A DNA stretch of 64,000 nt from Felis catus (Eukaryota): NCBI RefSeq assembly GCF_018350175.1, contig NC_058377.1:101246001-101310000 (forward strand), written 5' to 3'. Numbering within the stretch: the first letter of the stretch is position 1; each line of letters opens with the position of its first letter. The notes beneath the pieces are model-generated. The model ran no database searches, had not been told where the DNA came from, and saw only the letters and a list, made by a program, of their open reading frames with translations. The position numbers and the translations under genes are program-made. This document shows, in pieces, positions 36,350 to 49,715 of this stretch.

Positions 36350-37254
36350 TCAGTTGTGCTGTTCCTAAAGAAACGCTGGAAATTAGGAACTTCTAAACGA
36401 AGGCTTGTGCACGGTACGGTGCCAGGAAGTGTAGAAAGCTTTGTCTTCTGAAGCTCAGTTCCCTGACTCTATTTCCTTGAAAATAGGCCTTTCTTGTTTC
36501 TGCTTACACATAGTAGACATTTTATAAATGTTTATTTGTTTAACTGTTGAATTCTAAAAAAAGAGATGAAAACAGCCCATTCTGTTTTTCCATGAGATGC
36601 TTCAACAATAGAGGTGAAGAATAAAGCACCTTAAAATCATAACTTGATCTTATTTCACTATGATATGGGGAATTTTAGGTTGTCTTCACAGACATCAACC
36701 ATGCACATATGATTGAAAATACCAGGTAAGATATTCCTCCATAGTTGAACCGAAGTGAAAAAATAACAAGGTGTTCGGTTGAAGGGTTTGGGTTTGAAAA
36801 TGCCTGAAAAGTGACCTTGCTCTTTACTTTAAATGTCCCTCTTGATACGGTTGAACATTTTTCATACGGTTGCTCATTTTTTTAGAGCAGTTTTAGTTTT
36901 ACCACAAACTATAGGTCTGAATTTCCTTACCTACAAAAGAAGGATGGTTTTGATGTTTTTATGTGTTTTGTACGTGACATGTGAGAATGTATCCATCCGT
37001 ATAGATACACCCACCAGGAAAAGTGTGGTGAATAGAAACACCACACTTCTCTGTCAAACCTACTTTAAAAATATAAGATTTCATGCAACGCACAAAGTTC
37101 TCCAGCACCTCAAAGAGCATGTCTGCACTATGTTCACATTAAGTGCAGAAGAGGAAATAATCATCTGCATGAGAGGTTGCATTCTACATAATTACTGCAA
37201 CTATCACAATTTCCTTCTAAAGTGGAAAAATAAGAAGATAATATTAAGAAACCA

Positions 37255-37478
37255 GGGGCTCCTGGGTGGTTTAGTCGGTTAGGCATCTGACTTCAGCTCA
37301 GCTCATGATCTCTGTGAGTTTGAACCCCGTGTCGGGCTCTGTGCTGACAGCTCAGAGCCTGGAGCCTACTTTGGATTCTGTGTCTCCCTCTCTCTTTCCC
37401 TCCCCTGTTCATGACTCTGTCTGTCTGTCTCTGTCTCTCTGTCTCTCTCTCTCAAAAGTAAATAAAGATTTAGAAAAA
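37255..37478 (+). mobile_element. CAN-SINE
   Basis: Head, (CT)n; TSD aagaaac(c/t)a. Confidence 0.9.
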
Positions 37479-37722
37479 AGAAACTAATTTAATTGCTTTT
37501 TGTGAATATTAAAATGATAAAATCTTACAAATTACTGTTTTCATTAAATTTTATGGCATGATCCTATAACATTCATTGAATAAATTACAGGCACACATAA
37601 ATAACCTTATAACTTAAGATTATTTCTATCTGAACAAATGTGCAGGTACACTGAACTTATTAATTCATTTAATTACATAATTTCTTATAAGCAAATACCT
37701 CCCATTATATTTAAAAATCAGA

Positions 37723-37940
37723 GGGGGCGCCTGGGTGGCTCAGTTGGTTAAGTGTCCGACTTCGGCTCATGTCATGATCTCGCGGTCTGTGGGTTCGAGC
37801 CTTGCGTCGGGCTCTGTGCTGATAGCTCAGAGCCTGGAGCCTGTTTCGGATTCTGTGTCTCCCTCTTTCTCTGACCCTCCCTGTTCATGCTCTCTCTCTC
37901 TCTCTCTCTGTCTCAAAAATAAATAAATGTTAAAAAAAAA
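37723..37940 (+). mobile_element. CAN-SINE
   Basis: TSD ttaaaaatcaga. Confidence 0.94.
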
Positions 37941-38324
37941 TTAAAAATCAGATAATGACCATTTAAGATTAGATCATCTGTATTGCAGTATCTTTCTTAA
38001 CATCTACAATGTTAAGAAAGAAAAATGCAAATAAACTTACATTTGCATTTAGAATTATCATATTACTAGTGATGTGAACTTAGGCACTTTACATATAACT
38101 GAGACCCAGAAGTAAACCCTCAGACATTTCTTAGGTTTATTTTATTGTATTAGGTAGGAGTGCTTGATTCAGTGCCTGGAAGCTAGTAGAAACCTGACCA
38201 GGCTTTGTCCTTCTTTCTTCAAGACTGATAAGCTTTTGAGGGCTCGGTGAATTAATCTTTAATTATATACAACAAACATTTATATAACAAACATATACAT
38301 ACCACTTGTTATCACAGGATATTT

Positions 38325-38505
38325 TTGTAAGCACTTCATAAATATTAACTAGTTTCATCTTTAAAACAAACCAATTAGTAGGGTCCTCTTATTTTCTAGA
38401 ATTAGAAACAGAGTCACACAGTTTAAGCCGATTGTCCAAGGGGTCATAGTTAATAAAGGAAAGGCTTGGCATTCAAGCTCAGGCAGCCTTCCTTCCAGAA
38501 TAGTA
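38325..38505 (-). mobile_element. MIR fragment
   Basis: gaaacagagtcacacagtttaagccgattgtccaaggggtcatag..ggcattcaagctcaggcag. Confidence 0.65.
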
Positions 38506-38790
38506 AGTTCTACCAAAGACACGCTGCTACCTTTGCTTGAGCTACACAAAGGTGTGTTTGAGGGTGTATTTGAACATAATTTCAGTGGTCTGTCAAGGCT
38601 GCAGTGGCCTGAACCAGACTCTTTGGATCATGCTGACTTCCCAGAATTGGCCTGGGTTCTTGTAGAAAAAGTCAAGTTTAGCTGAACTACAGTCACATTT
38701 TTAGTTGATTGGGAAAGAATTAAAAGAAATATCAGGAGGAGGAAGTTTGATTTATTTACCCTCTTGTATTAAATTAAGCATTCATTATGC

Positions 38791-39750
38791 TTATTTTCTT
38801 AACTTTAACAGCTTTAAGTTTTCACAACCTTTATCCAAGGCTTTCCTTGAAGCATCTTTAACCTCTTTGTTCCTTAGACTATAGATCAGGGGGTTCAACA
38901 TCGGGATCACCACCGTGTAGAATACAGACGCCATTTTGTCCGTGTCCAGGGAGTGATTTGATTTGGGCTGTAGGTACATAAAGATCAAGGTGCCGTAGAA
39001 AATAGTGACAGTCACCATATGGGAGCCACAGGTGGAAATGGCCTTGCGTCGCCCCTGAGTAGAGCGGATCCTTAAGATGGCAGCAATGATAAAGATGTAG
39101 GAGGTGAGAACAATGGAAGAGGAGCAGATCATATCAAAACCAGCAAAGGCAAAGATCAGAATTTCCTTCACGTGTGTGTCTGAGCAGGACAGAGCCAAGA
39201 GAGGAAGGTCATCACAGTAGAAATGGTTAATTACATTGGGGCCACAGTAAGTTAGATGGAAGGTGATAATGGTATGGAATAGGGCAACCAGAAAGCTGTA
39301 TATATATGGAACTGCCACTAATTGAATGCAGAGTCTTTTTGACATCAGGGTTGAATAGTGCAGGGGACTACAGATGGCCACGTAGCGATCATAGGCCATA
39401 GAAGCCAACAGGAAACACTCGGTGATCATGAAGGTGAGAAAGCAGCCCAGTTGTGTTGCACAAGCATAGAAAGGAATAGCGTTGATTTCCACAACAAAAT
39501 TCACCATCATCTTTGGTGTGATAGCAGAGGAGTAGCAAAGGTCAACAAAGGCCAAGTGACTGAGGAAATAGTACATAGGCGAGTGGAGTCGAACATCAAT
39601 CCTGATTAAAGTTATCAACCCCAGGTTGCCCAGCACTGTGACCAGATAGATGATGAAAAACACCACAAAGCATGGGGCCTGAAGCTCTGGTTGGTCTGTG
39701 ATTCCCTGGAGAATGAATTCAGTGACATGGGTGATATTGGTCTCAGCCAT
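38791..39750 (-). CDS. OR5R1: Olfactory receptor OR5R1 (also named OR8U3) ortholog, 319 aa, intact
   Basis: [58 protein letters not shown] matches my recall of human OR5R1; opposite strand to its neighbours, as in human. Confidence 0.95.
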   Translation of the reverse strand: MAETNITHVTEFILQGITDQPELQAPCFVVFFIIYLVTVLGNLGLITLIRIDVRLHSPMYYFLSHLAFVDLCYSSAITPKMMVNFVVEINAIPFYACATQLGCFLTFMITECFLLASMAYDRYVAICSPLHYSTLMSKRLCIQLVAVPYIYSFLVALFHTIITFHLTYCGPNVINHFYCDDLPLLALSCSDTHVKEILIFAFAGFDMICSSSIVLTSYIFIIAAILRIRSTQGRRKAISTCGSHMVTVTIFYGTLIFMYLQPKSNHSLDTDKMASVFYTVVIPMLNPLIYSLRNKEVKDASRKALDKGCENLKLLKLRK

Positions 39751-41043
39751 TTATTTAAGTGAATTTTACTGATTTCACTCCAAGTTGAAGAATAAAAATG
39801 GCACTTCTCATGGCCCCTGCCAATGTTGGCAAAAGGTGATCGCTGGTGTCGTTTTGCCTTGAATCGTGTTGTCTTGTGGGCAAAAAGTACACCTTATATC
39901 TTGGATAACATGCAGAGGACTCTTGCCTCAGGGAGAGGAGTCCTTTACTGTCACAATAGCCTTCTTAAATGTTGTTTTGCCTTGTAATTTTAGAAAATAT
40001 GGAAAGGTGCTGGTTAAAATTGTAATGCTACCTGAAAGAAAACACTTGAGACAATAAACACTAACATTTCAGCATTTTTGCTGCCACTATCTTTTCTCTG
40101 TATTTATAAATATGGCAGCACAAAAATGAGTAACTCATAAATGAAGCTATTTTAACTTTTTTCAACATCTTTGCATGTTTCCACAGGCTTAAAACAACAT
40201 CAAAATAATCTACTATGACTTACTTGCTTTCCTATATCCCCTCCTTCACTTACATAGACTAAGTACTTGAGGCTGTAGAAACTAGAAGAATATTAATCAG
40301 AAATATAGAAGAAACATGCAATTTTATTTGTATAGCAATTAGGGACTCATTATTTTTTTCCAATTCAAAATTCACAACATTCTAATGTTTCTTGTCCAAA
40401 GAATTAACATTAATTTAGTCTATCATATAACTTGTTAAACTACAGGGAGATAGCCATCTTTCCCCATAAACATGTGTCTGTATACTCCAAGGGCTTAAAA
40501 TATCAAAGCACTTACTCTAGTAGGTTCTAGACATATCAACAACATAGCCTAAGGAAATAATCAGCGGCAAGCAGAGTTTAATAGAAACACGTATAGCTAG
40601 GTGGAGTTCTTAATGCATGCTTCAGAATAATTGCAACTCTTTCTAGTTCTACCAGCCTTAAAAAGAGGACTAATCTCATTAAGCTCAATATTAGCCTATT
40701 TGAGTTTAGTTTTGTCCTTTGCTTTATATTCTACAGAATATAACTACAAAATATTAATAAAGAAAGGCACCTTGAGAAATTCATCATGTCTACTGCCTTC
40801 ATATTTCAAATTTTATTTTTTTCTACTGTTATTATGTACCTGCTGCCACTGAAGGCTGTTCTTATCAGATACTCTATTTTTTGTCATACATGAATTAACT
40901 TATGCCAGTCTCTTGCTAATGCTATGACGAAGGTTCTATCCCAACATCCCTGATTGACATTTGCAAAAACCCAGGCTTATGGCTGTGGTCAGAGTAGGTG
41001 GTATAATGTGAGTGTGGCTGGGTTTGTTTGAAAGCAGAGCCCA

Positions 41044-41268
41044 GGGGGTGCCTGGGTGGCTCAGTAGATTAAGCAGAGGACTCTTGATGTCGACTCAGGT
41101 CATGATCTCATGGTTGGAGAGATCAAGCCCCGTGTTGGGCTCTGTGCTGACAGCGTGGAGTCTGCTTGGGATTCTCTCCACCCCCCCCTTCTCTGCCCCA
41201 CTTCTCATTCACATGCATGCATGTGCTCTCTTCCTCTCTCTCTCTTTCAAAATAAATATAAACTTAAA
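41044..41268 (+). mobile_element. CAN-SINE
   Basis: TSD aaagcagagc(c/t)ca. Confidence 0.92.
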
Positions 41269-42349
41269 AAAAAGCAGAGCTCATATTCCTAATTATCATG
41301 CTACGCTGCCCAAAGTGCATGGCTTGCTCTTTTAGCTTTAATCACTAGGATCAAATTTTAAATCTGGAAGACGTATTCATTTTTCTGTAATATCAAACAA
41401 AATGTTTCAAACTTGGAGAAGACAAATATGAAAGTGGTATTTTTTTTGAAGAGTCCTGGGCTTTCTATATAGTTTGCCAAAGTAAAATTGCAGGCATCTG
41501 AGCTTTGAAAAAGTTATCAAGTAATGCTGTCCATTCTGCTAAATAACTGTTTCATTCAAGAATATTCAGAATTAAGGCCTCTCTTACTTGCTTATAGGGC
41601 TTGAACGCATTGAACCTTTTTTTCACAAAGTCTTTTATTTCAATTCCATATGTGAAGTTATAATGTCAAACTTAATTGAAAATAATTATAAGACTGCCAT
41701 GAAATGTATAAGTAAAGGAGACCTTCACTGAAAAAATGGTGTCAGAGGAAAACATCCATTTATAATTTGATAATATTTTACATAAAACAGCAAAGTCCAT
41801 CTGTGCATTAGAAGTTCTTATATCATTGCTTTTATTAACTTGAGGATTTGTGGTGGTTACAAGGTGCTTGTCAAACAAAATCAGAGGGAACCTTTTGAGA
41901 AGAAAAATGCATCAATTAAAGCATTAAATATGGTGGTTATTTACTATTAATCAGAATATTTATGCACCACATTACTGCTAGAAGAACAAAGTTTACAGTG
42001 GAGGTGCCTATTAAGAAGGAGTTTTGGATTCCTAACTCAAGAAACTTAAATCACCTAGAAATAAAATTACTTATAAGCGTCTGTTAAAGTTCTCATAAAA
42101 TCCAGCATTTATGATTTTGTATCTACCTTAGAACTCTATGGGTTATTTTATCAATCCCCCTAATTTTTCAAAACTAATTATTTTTCTCATAGCTTCCAAT
42201 TACTCTCAGTAGGTTGTTCTGAAGCGACCACTATTTCAAAGTATTGCTAATATTTCTGTCATTTCCACATCTCTGGAATAGGGAAGTCCTCAAAATCATT
42301 GACGTATTTCACCTAAAGATTTATTTAAGAAGCATTGTTGTTTCTTGTT

Positions 42350-42545
42350 TCATTGCATCCTTCCTGAAGTGGTTTTTTCCTGGAACTTTACGGCACATTG
42401 GAAATGCCTATGAAGTTTTTAACTCAATGTCCCGGTTCCCCCCACCAATTTAACCAGAACATTTGGGCCGTACCCAGGCATCAGCATTTGCAAAGCCCCC
42501 TAGGTGGTTCCAATGTACAGACATGTTTGGGAATAAGTAGCCTGA
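42350..42545. mobile_element. MER5-type hAT/Charlie fragment
   Basis: gggccgtacccaggcatcagcatttgcaaagccccctaggtggttccaatgtacag. Confidence 0.6.
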
Positions 42546-44185
42546 AGAACGAATTTGTTAGAATGGCCAGCAGAGATCAACCATTCTTTGAAACTTACTT
42601 TTACTTCTCTTTTGGTTCTGTTTGCCTGGCCTATGGCTGAATTAGTTTGAATACTAATGACTCCACCAATGCAGTGGAATTCAAATTGGAGTATGGCTGT
42701 TTCTACTGACATGAAAAGACTCACCAAGGGTTATGTGGACAAGAATACTTTGAAGAAAATTAATTTACAGTTCCTCCATTTTTTTTTATCTGTTCCTTTC
42801 CAAATATCATTTGCCTGAGAAGGCACTTGTACTCTTGGTTTTTGTTTGTATCGTCCCTTTTCAAAACCCACACTTCTCACACTTGACAAATGAAAGGCAT
42901 ATCTCTCACCCATCTGGAATCCTATTATGTTTCCTGGCTCCAACATTTGGTCATTTAGATGATTCTTTTCAGATCAACCTATAAATATACCCCTGGTTCA
43001 TTAATAAATTCAATTTCAAATGAAAATTAAATATATATTGAATAATTATCCACCAACAATGGACTTATATAGATGATTTTAATCATTTAATTGTGACAAT
43101 AACTCACATAGAAATATTTTACTACAATAACATATACAAGCTATAGAATCTATTATTACAAAAATTAAATTCTAATCAGTGTGTGTATATTTGAATTTCA
43201 GAGAAGCAAAGTGAAGTAACCAGGGAAATAGTTACATTATAAAATATAATAAAATACATTATTATGGTGAAAATTGAATGGACAAATGAATTGAAAGAGA
43301 AAAAAAAAGAAATGCTATATTCTCTCTAATTGTACAATGGAGTCTCTGTGTTTTCAATGGATGATGACAATTATTGATTACAATAATATAACACTATTTT
43401 TAATGAATTTAACTTTATATAGACATACATATGTATGTATGTAAAAATTCATATATATAAATATATAATGCCAATATTTATAATATAAAATTATCTTTTG
43501 TACTTATTTAAACTATTGGTGAAACATTTTAGGTGTTTACTTAACTATATATAATGAGGCAAATACTTATTTTTTTAGTTATTTGAGTACGAAGATTAAT
43601 CAGTAATAATCATTTTTATTTCTTTCTGGTAGTTGACTACTTTGTTAACAACTAGCAACTTCATTTATTTGGTTCTCCATCATCTGTCTTTGTAGATTCT
43701 ATTTTGCCCATCCGGTTTCTCAAAACACCGGTGCAAAACAAATTAAATATTTCCTTTATACTAATTCTTAAAGGCTTTGCCTTGCTTATTAAGGATTAGG
43801 GATGTATCTCTGACGTTCTACGGGCTTTGGCAATTAACACAATGGCAAGCTTTGCACAGAGAAAGTGTGAAAAGAAGAAGGAATTGGTTATTGGGAAACA
43901 TCTTCTTTCCTATCCACAGCTCTATTAGTCAATAAATTGACTTGATTTACTTGGTGTCTCATCTTATCCAGGTCCTGCTCCCTGCTTTATAAGGGTCTGT
44001 ATAGCTTTTCCAAGCCAAGCATCCTTCATCCTTCACCAAGCTTGGTTTCCTCCCCAGAGGTGACCATCTTGCAAAGGCACACTGCACACCATCAGTGTAC
44101 TGGGCATACAGATGTACAGATTGGAGACATTGTCACTTCTTTAGCCATAAGATGCTCCCTCTGTGTATCCCAAAACACGTACAAC

Positions 44186-44243
44186 TGACATGACATGACA
44201 TGACAAGATGTGACATGACGTGATGTGACATGACACGACATGA
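44186..44243. repeat. (ACATG)n pentanucleotide microsatellite
   Basis: tgacatgacatgacatgacaagatgtgacatgacgtgatgtgacatgacacgacatg. Confidence 0.85.
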
Positions 44244-44344
44244 AAAAGGGTGAGGAAGCACTTGGTGTGAGTCTGCCTGCCTTAAAGCCCTGCTTGAGGC
44301 CAAACACCTCTTCTGAGAAGGAATATTAGAAAAATGAAATACCA

Positions 44345-44555
44345 GGGGCACCTGGTTAAGCCAGGTTAAGGGTCTGACTTTGGTTCAGGTCACGATCTCA
44401 CAGTTCCTGGGTTCCAGCCCAGAGTCAGTCTCTGTGCTGACAGCTCAGAGCCCGGAGCCTGCTTCAGATTCTGTCTCCCTCTCTCTCTCTGCCCTTCCCC
44501 CACTAACGTCCTGTCTTTCTCAAAAACAAATAAACATTAAAAAAAATTTAAAGTC
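44345..44555 (+). mobile_element. CAN-SINE
   Basis: TSD aaatgaaatac(c/t)a. Confidence 0.92.
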
Positions 44556-44867
44556 AAATGAAATACTAGTGGATTTCTATTTTATTTCAGGTTTCAAAAA
44601 TTACAGTGAGTATCCATTCTTTATTTAAAAGAGAAATGTTTACCATATATCTGGTGTTTTCCAAGAATAGAAAAACACTGTTACCATTACTTCAGTTTAG
44701 AAACATTCCTGGTCACCCACTCTTATAAGAGAATTTTAGACAGGAGAGCCACCTGCCTTTGTATCTCTCCTCGGTTGGCCATATAACAACTAGCTTTTAC
44801 GAGTACTGCTGTCGAGGAGAAGGTGGTTCTAGATGACCTGGATAACTCAATATGAGGTCATTTAAGG

Positions 44868-44950
44868 AGTGTGTGTGAGAGAGAGAGAGAGACAGAGAGA
44901 GACAGAGAGAGAGAGAGAAGGGAGACAGAGAGGGGGCAGGAGGGAAGGGC
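44868..44950. repeat. (GT)n(GA)n microsatellite
   Basis: gtgtgtgtgagagagagagagagacagag... Confidence 0.9.
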
Positions 44951-45081
44951 AGGGAATTAGAGACAAAGTAGTATTTTAAGTACCAGTAGACATCCTTTAG
45001 AAAGTACTGGCAAACAGAGTATGGAACTAAGAAATGTAGTTAGGATGTTATAGGTGTCATCTCTAAAAGCATACTGATTCT

Positions 45082-45290
45082 GGGGCACCTGCGTGGCTCA
45101 GGGTCGGTTAAGCATCCTACTCTTGACTTGGGCTCAGGTCATGGTCTTGTTGTTCATGAGTTCCAGCTGCATGTCTGGCTCTGCATTGACAGTGAGGAGC
45201 CTGCTTGGGATTCTTTCTCTCTCTCTCTCTCTCTTTCTGCCTCTCTCTCTCTCTCTCTCAAAATAAATAAATAAACTTAAAAAAATATAT
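45082..45290 (+). mobile_element. CAN-SINE
   Basis: Head ggggcacctgcgtggctcag, long (CT)n, A tail. Confidence 0.92.
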
Positions 45291-46239
45291 TGAAAGCAGA
45301 TGGATTCCATCAGATACCACAGCTTGCAAAGGGGAGAGGTTCCTAACGGGAAGCTAGGTTATGGGTGGAAGGTTGGCAATTCGCTCCATGTACAAATTCC
45401 ATGACTCACCTGCTTAGCCATGATCCTGGCTCTTAGTGAGCTCATTCTGAAGGTGTTTGGGTGATTTACTAGTTCCTGGATCCCTTCGGGTTTAAATTTG
45501 ATCCTCTGGAGATATCAGAAAGCTGCAGTATTTATTTTCCTATTTTTCTCAAATTAAGATAAGCTGGACAAATTATATTGGGGAGTTAAAAAATGTTTAA
45601 TTATCTGTATTCCTGAAGGAACAATTTCCATGAAGGTAAAGGTAGACTATACTACTAGAAACAACACAAAAAGACTGTAAACCTGGTTCATTTGAATAAA
45701 AATTCAAGTTTTTTGAGAGGAAAACATCAACCCTTAAATACTGAGTAACTCACTTATGAGACCTTGGACAATGTCCAAATTCTTTCTAAGCCTCAATTTC
45801 CTTAATTGTAACATTCAGTAAAAATGGTCCATATTTTATGATTTTGTGAGTATTGAATAAATTAATGTATGGGAAGGACTCAGTAAACTCTATGGTAAAT
45901 ATTAAGTGTTCAAAAGATATTTCCTTTGAAAAGTAAGAGGAGACAAAAAAATAAATGACACCAAAATAACCCAAAAACCTACCTAAAAACTAGAACTGCT
46001 TTCACCATAGTTTCAGATTTTGTCTTTGTGAATCTATACAAGAAGGGAAATGCGTTTTTATGAATGGTGAAATTCAGTTTCTCACCAAATTGCAAACTAG
46101 AAAGCCATTTTCAAGTCTAATATACATCATATGTTACTAGATACATGTGTGTGTAATACAAAACTCATAGCAGAAGCCAAAACCACTGGAAAATCTGCCT
46201 GCTGCTTCCAATTTGCCCTGATCATTTGCCCCTTCCAAT

Positions 46240-46385
46240 CCAGCTTTGCCCCCCACCACTGAAGCCCGTTCTTTGTAGCTTGTCTGCCTATCATCTCACT
46301 GGTAAATACAACGGACGCTTTTCAACTCTTTGTCGGATTTCCTCTGAAATCTGAAAACGTTGTATATGGTCTCACTCCTTGCCAT
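46240..46385 (+). mobile_element. L2 RT-region fragment
   Basis: ccaccactgaagcc..ggtaaatacaacggacgcttttcaactc resembles the L2 STETAL..KSNGHFS region. Confidence 0.45.
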
Positions 46386-46429
46386 TTGTTAAGCCACTTT
46401 TTTTTCAGTTTTGTTTCTTTTTTTAATCA

Positions 46430-47092
46430 TGGGAAAAGCACTTTTATATAAGATCAAACCCCATAACAACGTTGTAACTGCACAATACAGCACTGTCAGC
46501 TATAGATAAAATGTTGTACAGCAGAACTCTAGAACTTATTCATCTTACATAATTGACCTTTTCTATCCTTTAGCAATCAACTCTTATCTCCCCCACCCCC
46601 CTCCTTGGAAACCACCATTCTACTCTTTCTATGAGTCTGATTATGTCAGATACTTCATATCTAACATATGAAGAATAGAATAACGCAGTACTCGTCCTTC
46701 TGTAACTGGCTTATTACGCTTAGCATAATGTCCTCCAGGCTCATTCATGTTGGCACATATGCCGAGTTCCCTTCTTTATTAAGGCTGTATGATATCCCAT
46801 GGTAGATCCGTGCCACATTTTCTTTATTCATCACCCATCAGTGGGCATTCAAGTTGTTGCCACTGTGTGACTACTGTGAATAATGATGCAAGGAACATGA
46901 GGACTCAGATATCTCTTGCAGATATTGATTTCAATTTTGGGGGGATACATATCCAGAAGTGAGACTGATGAATGATACAGTAGTTCTGTTCCCACTTGTT
47001 GAGGAACCTCTATAATGTGGTCAAGAGCAGCGATACCATTTTATATTCCTACCAATCATATACAAGGCAATTTCTCCGCATCCTTACCAGCA
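46430..47092 (-). mobile_element. L1MA9/10-type 3' end
   Basis: tgttgtacagcagaactctagaacttattcatctt; gcttagcataatgtcctccaggctcattcatgttg; gaggaacctctata. Confidence 0.85.
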
Positions 47093-47419
47093 CCAACCCT
47101 TGCTTGCAATTTCTCAAGGCTTTACAACGAATTATTTGTATCATCCTTGATACAAATATTTGAGGTCATCTAATTTGACATGATCATTTAAACAGATGAA
47201 GAAACTAAGGCTCCTCGACCTTGAGTAATTCTGTCTCTCAGTTTCCCCCTAAGAGCAAATAAAAGAGCGTCACAGTCGTCATTAACAATAATATCCACAA
47301 ACTCCTATTTAAGGTCACTTTTATTGCTCCAGACTCCACTCTGTGTATGTGTGTGTGTGTGTGTGTGTGACATATTTTATAAATATATTTTTATGTATTA
47401 TATATAATTATATACAGCA

Positions 47420-47590
47420 GTACATTTACTTTTCACAATAATCCTGCGACATAAGTGCTGTTATTACTCCCATTTTAGAATGAGGAAACCAAACTACAGA
47501 GATTGGGCACCTTGCTCAAGGTCACCCGCTGAGTAAGTGGAAAAGCCGTGTTTTGACTGGCTATAGAGTCGTAACCACTAACTGACACTC
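47420..47590 (-). mobile_element. MIR fragment
   Basis: ctcccattttagaatgaggaaaccaaactacagaga..ttgctcaaggtcacc. Confidence 0.8.
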
Positions 47591-47619
47591 CTCTTCCTTC
47601 ACTTCTCTGCTCTAAACAC

Positions 47620-47790
47620 AACCAGATTGACTGCATCTCCCAGTCATGGGTGAGGGCTGGCTCTAACTGGATGCAGCCAAAAGGGAGTTGTGACAAGAGG
47701 TGAGACTGCACCAGGAGAGGAAGGGCAGGGCACTTGTCCCCTGCCCCTGCTCTCTCCTGGCTTTGGCACCATGTCTCAGACAGCAGATCA
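47620..47790 (-). mobile_element. Old MaLR (MLT1) LTR fragment
   Basis: ctggatgcagccaaaagggagttgtgacaagagg. Confidence 0.45.
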
Positions 47791-49032
47791 ACCCTCTGTC
47801 CGGCTCCCTCCAGGAGCCCCACATCCACAACCTTGATCCCATCGAGCTCCTACATCTCCCTACGTCCCTTCAGACCTTTGACCTTTCGGTGGTGATGAGG
47901 TGGCACCGTTGTTAGGCTCTAGGCGCCTCAGTAATCTTTCCTTATTGACGTCTCTTCATTTGAATTATATGGGTTGGTTCTCAAGATTCTGATCAACAAT
48001 TCTCTAACTGCATTGCAATCAGGCTCATTTTGTGGTTGTTGTTTTTGAAAACTAAATGCTTTGGGAATTTGTTAGGAAGCAAGATCACGTCTATTTATTT
48101 AAGTGAGAGTGCGTACATTCTAAGACCTTTGGAAAAATCAAACACTTCGGCCAGGACTTAAAGAACAGACACGATTACCATTCCTAGAAATAGGGAAATG
48201 ATCTGTGAGGTGCATGGATCTTTACCATCTGCTTAAGATATGAACTGTTTACATTTTATCCATGTAATCAAAATTATTTATCTTAAGTGAGATCAGTGTA
48301 GATATGAGGAAGAAAAAACATCTCTTGACAACTGCTAGGTGGGCCCTGGTCTAGTACTAAAAGTTAAGCTGTACTATCATATCAACAATATTATTGATAA
48401 TAATATTGCTAATAAATTAATATCAATAATACCAATAATTTCACAGAACACCAACATGAGAAAAGTTTACTTGGTAACAGTAATGAAGCAAGACAAAAAC
48501 AGGGTCACTCAGTAATAGTGTCAGAGATCTAGACAAAATCAAGAACACTGTTTAGACCACAAAAATGTCCAACATTCTTTTCCTCTGGCTACTGTAAGGG
48601 ACTGTTGCTTCATTACCAATTAAAGCTTTATCCCTACTCCAATTTGTCCGTGTTCTGTATAGGAACCATTAACGTATCAAATCATAAAAACGTGTCACTC
48701 CATGACAATACCCAATCCAGAGTGCCACCATGCTTTCTTGAACCCTACTCTAAATAACCTCACAGGGTGCAATCCCACAGCAAGCTTGATTCCCGTGGTG
48801 TACAACATCCATTGTTAAAACACACAAAAGTAACACAACTTTGACCAGAGATTGTTCCTGGTGATCTTTGCCTGGAGCACACTGACAGATGAAATGGAGT
48901 GAATTCTGGGATTTATTTATTTGGAAATAAAGATTTATTTATTTGGAAATAAAGATGTATTTATTTCCAAATAACTTTGGGGGCTAATGTATGAGGTAAG
49001 TAAGAAGTATGGATAACATATACCTGACCATT

Positions 49033-49194
49033 GGGCACCTGGGTGGCTCAGTCAGTTAAGCAGCTGACTTTGACTCAGGTAATGATCTCATGGTTGGTGA
49101 GTTCAAGCCCCATATTGGCCTCACAAAGCCCACTTCAGATCCTCTGTCCCCTCTCTCTCTGCCCACCCCCACTCTCTCTCTCTCAAAAATAAAC

Positions 49195-49198
<4 letters not shown>
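49033..49198 (+). mobile_element. CAN-SINE (shortened)
   Basis: Head and (CT)n. Confidence 0.88.

Positions 49199-49200
<2 letters not shown>

Positions 49201-49240
<40 letters not shown>
49201..49240. repeat. (TA)20 microsatellite at the SINE tail
   Basis: Direct read. Confidence 0.97.
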
Positions 49241-49244
<4 letters not shown>

Positions 49245-49468
49245 ATCATGAATGGAGACACTGAAGCTGGACAATTGTTATTGGGGTAAGGATTATTGTA
49301 TCAAATCTTCTAATTCTGTATATGTTTGAAAATGTCCACAATAAAAATGGTTATTAATAATAATTAGTCTATTTACTGAAAGGAGAAAAATGTTTTAAAA
49401 ATTGTAAGTAGTCATATTAGTTGGGAGGGTTAAAATATCAGTACACATCTACTAAAAATATGATCATA

Positions 49469-49715
49469 GGGGTGCCTGGGTGGCTCAATTGGTTAAGCTT
49501 CCAACTCTTGATTTCAGCTCAGGTCATGATCTCAAGTTCATGGGCTTGAGCCCCTTATGGGGCTCTGCACTGAGAGCATCTAACCAGCTTGAGATTCTCT
49601 CCATCCCTCTGTCTACCCCTCCCCCACTCACACTCTCTCTGTCTCTTTGAAGTATTATCACAGAGGCCAAAAAATCTGTAGAATGGAAAGATAGCAGACA
49701 TAGATTTTTTTTAAA
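49469..49715 (+). mobile_element. CAN-SINE
   Basis: Head ggggtgcctgggtggctc; degenerate TSD aaaaatatg. Confidence 0.85.

Noticed and set aside
36833-37282. 149-aa ORF, the longest non-OR ORF
   Set aside because: Starts at a non-ATG codon, crosses MIR-like sequence and ends in a SINE head; no domain features.
43394-43406. CTATTTTTAATGA resembling the OR H-element 13-mer AACTTTTTAATGA
   Set aside because: Only 10/13 match in very AT-rich DNA with no adjacent O/E site; chance level.
48386-48408. 10-bp perfect hairpin caatattatt-gat-aataatattg
   Set aside because: Short, nearly all A/T, expected by chance in this composition.
48580-48910. Unique sequence tested as an OR pseudogene relic
   Set aside because: The translations I tried showed no OR motifs.
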